Part shown: one piece after another, positions 51,931 to 64,000 of the stretch
Numbering within the stretch: the first letter of the stretch is position 1
How the letters are laid out: the number at the start of each line of letters is the position of its first letter
DNA from: Eledone cirrhosa
Taxonomy: Eukaryota
Length of the DNA stretch: 64,000 bases
NCBI GenBank assembly: GCA_964016885.1
Contig: OZ024743.1
Span: forward strand, 243,350,001-243,414,000
Direction: 5' to 3'
Made by a program: the position numbers and the translations under genes
Notes under the pieces: model-generated
Told to the model about the DNA's origin: nothing
The model's database searches: none
The model's input: only the letters and a program-made list of their open reading frames with translations

Positions 51931-52143
51931 AATCATCCAATGTAGAGTTACACCCACATAAGGTACCTGTAACTCATCAGTCAAGAGACCCAGTCAGCTG
52001 GCATGAAAAACAATATGTAATCTTTCAGTTCATAAGATATTTAGCTAGCTGTCGTAAAAGAATATATTTCATTAAATTATGTTGAAATATTGTATGAAAA
52101 ACAAACAAACAATTTAAGCTCTCCAATTCCAAAAGGCACTTAC

Positions 52144-52391
52144 CCAGATTTAGCCTTGCCCTGAAGTCTACTCAAACTCATAGGACTGGCAAGATTCTTT
52201 GCTAAAGCTGTAGTCATAATAGTGACGGGATTGATTGGCACTGCTTCAAATTTAGCTGCTGAGGTGAACACATCAAATTCAACACAGTATGCAGAATTGC
52301 CATTTTCCATCTGGACAAAAAACTTTCCAAGGACTGAGAAAAAATTCCCAATACTGATTGGATCTTTACTGGAGCAGTGATTAATGACATT
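52144..52391 (-). CDS. STIL: STIL homologue, first coding exon visible in window (STIL N-terminal conserved domain)
   Basis: Acceptor ttttctAG, donor GG|GTAAGT; 248 nt, phase 0 to 2. Translates NVINHCSSKDPISIGNFF...AVPINPVTIMTTALAKNLASPMSLSRLQGKAKSG, resembling vertebrate STIL ...PIIPTALARNLSS...QGTYKYG (recalled). Confidence 0.9.
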
Positions 52392-52403
52392 CTAGAAAAT
52401 GAG

Positions 52404-55400
52404 AGACATTAGACATATAGTCACATATTAGACATATGGTAACATATTAGACATTAGGCATATATTATCAAAGACATAAGACATATAACATCTTAGACAT
52501 TAGACATACAGTGACATAGACATTAGACATACAGTGACATAGACATTAGACATATAGTGACATAGACATTAGATATACAGTGACATAGACATTAGATATA
52601 TAGTGACATAGACATTAGACATTAGATATATAGTGACATAGACATTAGATATATAGTGACATAGACATTAGATATATAGTGACATAGACATTAGATATAT
52701 AGTGACATAGACATTAGATATACAGTGACATAGACATTAGATATAGAGAGACATAGACATTAGATATATAGTGACATAGACATATAGTGACATAGACATT
52801 AGACATACAGTGACATAGACATTAGACATACAGTGACATAGACATTAGATATATAGTAACATAGACATTAGATATATAGTGACATAGACATTAGACATAC
52901 AGTGACATAGACATTAGATATATAGTGACATAGACATTAGATATATAGTGACATAGACATTAGACATATAGTGACATAGACATTAGACATACAGTGACAT
53001 AGACATTAGATATATAGTGACATAGACATTAGATATATAGTGACATAGACATTAGATATACAGTGACATAGACATTAGATATACAGTGACATAGACATTA
53101 GATATACAGTGACATAGACATTAGATATACAGTGACATAGACATTAGATATACAGTGACATAGACATTAGATATACAGTGACATAGACATTAGACATATA
53201 GTGACATAGACATTAGATATATAGTGACATAGACATTAGATATATAGTGACATAGACATTAGATATATAGTGACATAGACATTAGATATACAGTGACATA
53301 GACATTAGATATACAGTGACATAGACATTAGATATACAGTGACATAGACATTAGACATATAGTGACATAGACATTAGATATATAGTGACATAGACATTAG
53401 ACATATAGTGACATAGACATTAGACATATAGTGACATAGACATTAGATATACAGTGACATAGACATTAGATATACAGTGACATAGACATTAGATATACAG
53501 TGACATAGACATTAGATATACAGTGACATAGACATTAGATATACAGTGACATAGACATTAGATATACAGTGACATAGACATTAGATATGTAGTGACATAG
53601 ACATTAGACATATAGTGACATAGACATTAGATATATAGTGACATAGACATTAGACATACAGTGACATAGACATTAGACACATAGTGACATAGACATTAGA
53701 TATACAGTGACATAGACATTAGATATACAGTGACATAGACATTAGATATACAGTGACATAGACATTAGACATATAGTGACATAGACATTAGATATATAGT
53801 GACATAGACATTAGACATATAGTGACATAGACATTAGACATATAGTGACATAGACATTAGATATATAGTGACATAGACATTAGATATATAGTGACATAGA
53901 CATTAGATATATAGTGACATAGACATTAGACATACAGTGACATAGACATTAGATATACAGTGACATAGACATTAGACATATAGTGACATAGACATTAGAT
54001 ATATAGTGACATAGACATTAAATATATAGTGACATAGACATTAGACATATAGTGACATAGACATTAGACATATAGTGACATAGACATTAGACATTAGATA
54101 TATAGTGACATAGACATTAGATATATAGTGACATAGACATTAGATATACAGTGACATAGACATTAGATATATAGTGACATAGACATTAGACATATAGTGA
54201 CATAGACATTAGATATATAGTGACATAGATATTAGATATATAGTGACATAGACATTAGACATATAGTGACATAGACATTAGACATACAGTGACATAGACA
54301 TTAGATCTCTAGTGACATAGACATTAGATATATAGTGACATAGACATTAGACATAGTCACAAAGACATTAGACATACAGTCACATAGACATTAGACATAT
54401 AGTTACATAGACATTAGATATATAGTGACATAGACATTAGACATACAGTGACATAGACATTAGACATATAGTGACATAGACATTAGACATACAGTGACAT
54501 AGACATTAGACATATAGTGACATAGACATTAGACATACAGTGACATAGACATTAGACATATAGTGACATAGACATTAGATATATAGTGACATAGACATTA
54601 GACATACAGTGACATAGACATTAGACATATAGTGACATAGACATTAGATATATAGTGACATAGACATTAGATATATAGTGACATAGACATTAGACATATA
54701 GTGACATAGACATTAGATATATAGTGACATAGACATTAGACATACAGTGACATAGACATTAGACATACAGTGACATAGACATTAGACATACAGTGACATA
54801 GACATTAGATATATAGTGACATAGACGTTAGATATATAGTGACATAGACATTAGACATACAGTGACATAGACATTAAACATATAGTGACATAGATATTAG
54901 ACATATAGTGACATAGACATTAGATATACAGTGACATAGACATTAGACATACAGTAACATAGACATTAGATATACATAGACATTAGACATATAGTGACAT
55001 AGACATTAGACATATAGTGACATAGACATTAGACATATAGTGACATAGACATTAGATATACAGTGACATAGACATTAGATATACAGTGACATAGACATTA
55101 GATATACAGTGACATAGACATTAGACATATAGTGACATAGACATTAGATATACAGTGACATAGACATTAGACATATAGTGACATAGACATTAGATATACA
55201 GTGACATAGACATTAGACATATAGTGACATAGACATTAGATATACAGTGACATAGACATTAGACATATAGTGACATAGACATTAGATATATAGTGACATA
55301 GACATTAGATATATAGTGACATAGACACTAGATATACAGTGACATAGACATTAGACATACAGTGACATAGACATTAGACATACAGTAACATAGACATTAG

Positions 55401-58400
55401 ACATACAGTGACATAGACATTAGACATACAGTGACATAGACATTAGACATTAAACATACAGTGACATAGACATTAGATATATAGTGACATAGACATTAGA
55501 CATACAGTGACATAGACATTAGACATACAGTGACATAGACATTAGACATACGGTGACATAGACATTAGACATACAGTGACATAGACATTAGATATATAGT
55601 GACATAGACATTAGACATACACATTAGACATACAGTGACATAGACATTAGATATACAGTGACATAGACATTAGACATATAGTGACATAGACATTAGACAT
55701 ACAGTGACAGAAATTAGATATACAGTGACATAGACATTAGATATACAGTGACATAGACATTAGACATATAGTGACATAGACATTAGACATACAGTGACAT
55801 AGACATTAGACATACAGTGACATAGACATTAGACATACAGTGACATAGACATTAGACATACAGTGACATAGACATTAGACATATAGTGACATAGACATTA
55901 GACATACAGTGACATAGACATTAGATATACAGTGACATAGACATTAGACATACAGTGACATAGACATTAGACATACAGTGACATAGACATTAGATATACA
56001 GTGACATAGACATTAGACATACAGTGACATAGACATTAGATATACAGTGATATAGACATTAGACATACAGTGACATAGACATTAGACATACAGTGACATA
56101 GACATTAGATATATAATGACATAGACATTAGACATATAGTGACATAGACATTAGACATACAGTGACATAGACATTAGATATACAGTGACATAGACATTAG
56201 ACATATAGTGACATAGACATTAGATATACAGTGATATAGACATTAGACATACAGTGACATAGACATTAGACATACAGTGACATAGACATTAGATATATAG
56301 TGACATAGACATTAGACATATAGTGACATAGACATTAGACATACAGTGACATAGACATTAGATATACAGTGACATAGACATTAGACATATAGTGACATAG
56401 ACATTAGACATATAGTGACATAGACATTAGACATATAGTGACATAGACATTAGATATATAGTGACATAGATATTAGATATATAGTGACATAGACATTAGA
56501 CATATAGTGACATAGACATTAGACATACAGTGACATAGACATTAGATCTCTAGTGACATAGACATTAGATATATAGTGACATAGACATTAGACATAGTCA
56601 CAAAGACATTAGACATACAGTCACATAGACATTAGACATATAGTTACATAGACATTAGATATATAGTGACATAGACATTAGACATACAGTGACATAGACA
56701 TTAGACATATAGTGACATAGACATTAGACATACAGTGACATAGACATTAGACATATAGTGACATAGACATTAGATATATAGTGACATAGACATTAGACAT
56801 ACAGTGACATAGACATTAGACATATAGTGACATAGACATTAGATATATAGTGACATAGACATTAGATATATAGTGACATAGACATTAGACATATAGTGAC
56901 ATAGACATTAGATATATAGTGACATAGACATTAGACATACAGTGACATAGACATTAGACATACAGTGACATAGACATTAGACATACAGTGACATAGACAT
57001 TAGATATATAGTGACATAGACGTTAGATATATAGTGACATAGACATTAGACATACAGTGACATAGACATTAAACATATAGTGACATAGATATTAGACATA
57101 TAGTGACATAGACATTAGATATACAGTGACATAGACATTAGACATACAGTAACATAGACATTAGATATACATAGACATTAGACATATAGTGACATAGACA
57201 TTAGACATATAGTGACATAGACATTAGACATATAGTGACATAGACATTAGATATACAGTGACATAGACATTAGATATACAGTGACATAGACATTAGATAT
57301 ACAGTGACATAGACATTAGACATATAGTGACATAGACATTAGATATACAGTGACATAGACATTAGACATATAGTGACATAGACATTAGATATACAGTGAC
57401 ATAGACATTAGACATATAGTGACATAGACATTAGATATACAGTGACATAGACATTAGACATATAGTGACATAGACATTAGATATATAGTGACATAGACAT
57501 TAGATATATAGTGACATAGACACTAGATATACAGTGACATAGACATTAGACATACAGTGACATAGACATTAGACATACAGTAACATAGACATTAGACATA
57601 CAGTGACATAGACATTAGACATACAGTGACATAGACATTAGACATTAAACATACAGTGACATAGACATTAGATATATAGTGACATAGACATTAGACATAC
57701 AGTGACATAGACATTAGACATACAGTGACATAGACATTAGACATACGGTGACATAGACATTAGACATACAGTGACATAGACATTAGATATATAGTGACAT
57801 AGACATTAGACATACACATTAGACATACAGTGACATAGACATTAGATATACAGTGACATAGACATTAGACATATAGTGACATAGACATTAGACATACAGT
57901 GACAGAAATTAGATATACAGTGACATAGACATTAGATATACAGTGACATAGACATTAGACATATAGTGACATAGACATTAGACATACAGTGACATAGACA
58001 TTAGACATACAGTGACATAGACATTAGACATACAGTGACATAGACATTAGACATACAGTGACATAGACATTAGACATATAGTGACATAGACATTAGACAT
58101 ACAGTGACATAGACATTAGATATACAGTGACATAGACATTAGACATACAGTGACATAGACATTAGACATACAGTGACATAGACATTAGATATACAGTGAC
58201 ATAGACATTAGACATACAGTGACATAGACATTAGATATACAGTGATATAGACATTAGACATACAGTGACATAGACATTAGACATACAGTGACATAGACAT
58301 TAGATATATAGTGACATAGACATTAGACATATAGTGACATAGACATTAGACATACAGTGACATAGACATTAGATATACAGTGACATAGACATTAGACATA

Positions 58401-61400
58401 TAGTGACATAGACATTAGATATACAGTGATATAGACATTAGACATACAGTGACATAGACATTAGACATACAGTGACATAGACATTAGATATATAGTGACA
58501 TAGACATTAGACATATAGTGACATAGACATTAGACATACAGTGACATAGACATTAGATATACAGTGACATAGACATTAGACATATAGTGACATAGACATT
58601 AGACATATAGTGACATAGACATTAGATATATAGTGACATAGACAATAGATATACAGTGACATAGACATTAGATATACAGTGACATAGACATTAGATATAC
58701 AGTGACATAGACATTAGATATACAGTGACATAGACATTAGATATACAGTGACATAGACATTAGATATACAGTGACATAGACATTAGACATATAGTGACAT
58801 AGACATTAGATATATAGTGACATAGACATTAGATATATAGTGACATAGACATTAGATATATAGTGACATAGACATTAGATATACAGTGACATAGACATTA
58901 GATATACAGTGACATAGACATTAGATATACAGTGACATAGACATTAGACATATAGTGACATAGACATTAGATATATAGTGACATAGACATTAGACATATA
59001 GTGACATAGACATTAGACATATAGTGACATAGACATTAGATATACAGTGACATAGACATTAGATATACAGTGACATAGACATTAGATATACAGTGACATA
59101 GACATTAGATATACAGTGACATAGACATTAGATATACAGTGACATAGACATTAGATATACAGTGACATAGACATTAGATATGTAGTGACATAGACATTAG
59201 ACATATAGTGACATAGACATTAGATATATAGTGACATAGACATTAGACATACAGTGACATAGACATTAGACACATAGTGACATAGACATTAGATATACAG
59301 TGACATAGACATTAGATATACAGTGACATAGACATTAGATATACAGTGACATAGACATTAGACATATAGTGACATAGACATTAGATATATAGTGACATAG
59401 ACATTAGACATATAGTGACATAGACATTAGACATATAGTGACATAGACATTAGATATATAGTGACATAGACATTAGATATATAGTGACATAGACATTAGA
59501 TATATAGTGACATAGACATTAGACATACAGTGACATAGACATTAGATATACAGTGACATAGACATTAGACATATAGTGACATAGACATTAGATATATAGT
59601 GACATAGACATTAAATATATAGTGACATAGACATTAGACATATAGTGACATAGACATTAGACATATAGTGACATAGACATTAGACATTAGATATATAGTG
59701 ACATAGACATTAGATATATAGTGACATAGACATTAGATATACAGTGACATAGACATTAGATATATAGTGACATAGACATTAGACATATAGTGACATAGAC
59801 ATTAGATATATAGTGACATAGATATTAGATATATAGTGACATAGACATTAGACATATAGTGACATAGACATTAGACATACAGTGACATAGACATTAGATC
59901 TCTAGTGACATAGACATTAGATATATAGTGACATAGACATTAGACATAGTCACAAAGACATTAGACATACAGTCACATAGACATTAGACATATAGTTACA
60001 TAGACATTAGATATATAGTGACATAGACATTAGACATACAGTGACATAGACATTAGACATATAGTGACATAGACATTAGACATACAGTGACATAGACATT
60101 AGACATATAGTGACATAGACATTAGATATATAGTGACATAGACATTAGACATACAGTGACATAGACATTAGACATATAGTGACATAGACATTAGATATAT
60201 AGTGACATAGACATTAGATATATAGTGACATAGACATTAGACATATAGTGACATAGACATTAGATATATAGTGACATAGACATTAGACATACAGTGACAT
60301 AGACATTAGACATACAGTGACATAGACATTAGACATACAGTGACATAGACATTAGATATATAGTGACATAGACGTTAGATATATAGTGACATAGACATTA
60401 GACATACAGTGACATAGACATTAAACATATAGTGACATAGACATTAGACATATAGTGACATAGACATTAGATATACAGTGACATAGACATTAGACATACA
60501 GTAACATAGACATTAGATATACATAGACATTAGACATATAGTGACATAGACATTAGACATATAGTGACATAGACATTAGACATATAGTGACATAGACATT
60601 AGATATACAGTGACATAGACATTAGATATACAGTGACATAGACATTAGATATACAGTGACATAGACATTAGACATATAGTGACATAGACATTAGATATAC
60701 AGTGACATAGACATTAGACATATAGTGACATAGACATTAGATATACAGTGACATAGACATTAGACATATAGTGACATAGACATTAGATATACAGTGACAT
60801 AGACATTAGACATATAGTGACATAGACATTAGATATATAGTGACATAGACATTAGATATATAGTGACATAGACATTAGATATACAGTGACATAGACATTA
60901 GACATACAGTGACATAGACATTAGACATACAGTAACATAGACATTAGACATACAGTGACATAGACATTAGACATACAGTGACATAGACATTAGACATTAA
61001 ACATACAGTGACATAGACATTAGATATATAGTGACATAGACATTAGACATACAGTGACATAGACATTAGACATACAGTGACATAGACATTAGACATACGG
61101 TGACATAGACATTAGACATACAGTGACATAGACATTAGATATATAGTGACATAGACATTAGACATACACATTAGACATACAGTGACATAGACATTAGATA
61201 TACAGTGACATAGACATTAGACATATAGTGACATAGACATTAGACATACAGTGACAGAAATTAGATATACAGTGACATAGACATTAGATATACAGTGACA
61301 TAGACATTAGACATATAGTGACATAGACATTAGACATACAGTGACATAGACATTAGACATACAGTGACATAGACATTAGACATACAGTGACATAGACATT

Positions 61401-64000
61401 AGACATACAGTGACATAGACATTAGACATATAGTGACATAGACATTAGACATACAGTGACATAGACATTAGATATACAGTGACATAGACATTAGACATAC
61501 AGTGACATAGACATTAGACATACAGTGACATAGACATTAGATATACAGTGACATAGACATTAGACATACAGTGACATAGACATTAGATATACAGTGATAT
61601 AGACATTAGACATACAGTGACATAGACATTAGACATACAGTGACATAGACATTAGATATATAGTGACATAGACATTAGACATATAGTGACATAGACATTA
61701 GACATACAGTGACATAGACATTAGATATACAGTGACATAGACATTAGACATATAGTGACATAGACATTAGATATACAGTGATATAGACATTAGACATACA
61801 GTGACATAGACATTAGACATACAGTGACATAGACATTAGATATATAGTGACATAGACATTAGACATATAGTGACATAGACATTAGACATACAGTGACATA
61901 GACATTAGATATACAGTGACATAGACATTAGACATATAGTGACATAGACATTAGATATACAGTGATATAGACATTAGACATACAGTGACATAGACATTAG
62001 ACATATAGTGACATAGACATTAGATATACAGTGACATAGACATTAGACATACAGTGACATAGACATTAGATATATAGTGACATAGACATTAGATATACAT
62101 AGACATTAGACATACAGTGACATAGACATTAGACATATAGTGACATAGACATTAGATATATAGTGACATAGACATTAGATATACAGTGACATAGACATTA
62201 GACATATAGTGACATAGACATTAGATATACAGTGACATAGACATTAGATATACAGTGACATAGACATTAGATATACAGTGACATAGACATTAGATATACA
62301 GTGACATAGACATTAGACATACAGTAACATAGACATTAGATATACAGTGACATAGACATTAGATATACAGTGACATAGACATTAGATATACAGTGACATA
62401 GACATTAGATATACAGTGACATAGACATTAGATATACAGTGACATAGACATTAGACATACAGTAACATAGACATTAGACATACAGTGACATAGACATTAG
62501 ATATACAGTGACATAGACATTAGATATACAGTGACATAGACATTAGATATACAGTGACATAGACATTAGACATATAGTGACATAGACATTAGATATATAG
62601 TGACATAGACATTAGATATATAGTGACATAGACATTAGATATATAGTGACATAGACATTAGATATACAGTGACATAGACATTAGATATACAGTGACATAG
62701 ACATTAGATATACAGTGACATAGACATTAGACATACAGTAACATAGACATTAGACATACAGTGACATAGACATTAGATATACAGTGACATAGACATTAGA
62801 TATACAGTGACATAGACATTAGACATATAGTGACATAGACATTAGATATATAGTGACATAGACATTAGATATATAGTGACATAGACATTAGATATATAGT
62901 GACATAGACATTAGATATACAGTGACATAGACATTAGATATACAGTGACATAGACATTAGACATATAGTGACATAGACATTAGATATATAGTGACATAGA
63001 CATTAGATATATAGTGACATAGACATTAGATATATAGTGACATAGACATTAGATATATAGTGACATAGACATTAGACATATAGTGACATAGACATTAGAC
63101 ATATAGTGACATAGACATTAGATATACAGTGACATAGACATTAGATATACAGTGACATAGACATTAGATATACAGTGACATAGACATTAGATATACAGTG
63201 ACATAGACATTAGATATATAGTGACATAGACAGTAGATATATAGTGACATAGACATTAGATATACAGTGACATAGACATTAGATATACAGTGACATAGAC
63301 ATTAGATATATAGTGACATAGACATTAGATATACAGTGACATAGACATTAGACATACAGTGACATAGACATTAGACATATAGTGACATAGACATTAGATA
63401 TATAGTGACATAGACATTAGATATATAGTGACATAGACATTAGATATGTAGTGACATAGACATTAGATATACAGTGACATAGACATTAGATATACAGTGA
63501 CATAGACATTAGATATATAGTGACATAGACATTAGATATACAGTGACATAGACATTAGATATATAGTGACATAGACATTAGACATATAGTGACATAGACA
63601 TTAGATATACAGTGACATAGACATTAGACATATAGTGACATAGACATTAGATATACAGTGACATAGACATTAGACATATAGTGACATAGACATTAGATAT
63701 ACAGTGACATAGACATTAGATATATAGTGACATAGACATTAGATATACAGTGACATAGACATTAGATATACAGTGACATAGACATTAGATATACAGTGAC
63801 ATAGACATTAGATATACAGTGACATAGACATTAGACATACAGTGACATAGACATTAGCTATATAGTGACATAGACATTAGATATATAGTGACATAGACAT
63901 TAGATATACAGTGACATAGACATTAGACATACAGTGACATAGACATTAGATATATAGTGACATAGACATTAGACATACAGTGACATAGACATTAGACATA
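52404..64000. repeat. 23-bp satellite, about 500 units, running off the window end, inside a STIL intron
   Basis: Unit gacattaga(c/t)ata(c/t)agtgacata; degenerate at 52404-52500, regular thereafter. Confidence 0.98.

Noticed and set aside
52404-64000. Telomeric or centromeric repeat, CRISPR, or coded message
   Set aside because: Not TTAGGG-based and has no spacers; the variant pattern is explained by block duplication; centromere function cannot be judged from sequence.

Overview
AT-rich, repeat-dense eukaryotic DNA. The SINE/LINE repertoire suggests an octopus or other coleoid mollusc (inference, not a database result). The only host gene I can support is a minus-strand STIL (SAS-5/Ana2 family centriole-assembly) homologue. 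I traced 13 coding exons by hand from 52391 to the stop at 19312 (3441 nt, 1146 aa, all phases consistent, one GC-AG intron); the N-terminal exons lie beyond 64000. The introns and the downstream 19 kb are filled with non-LTR retrotransposons (near-intact RTE, truncated RTEs, CR1/L2-like, Tx1/L1-like, Penelope-like), tRNA-derived SINEs, piggyBac-like TTAA MITEs, a Helitron remnant and four tandem arrays (98, 37, 33 and 23 bp units). Most notable: (1) a near-full-length RTE whose 5' end is an array of identical 98-bp monomers and whose ORF carries a PHD-like finger; (2) a near-identical inverted RTE pair bracketing six STIL exons; (3) an >11 kb 23-bp intronic satellite growing out of a 3' splice site, almost AG-free and rich in branch-point-like motifs on the transcribed strand. 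Exon borders were read base by base; repeat borders are approximate.
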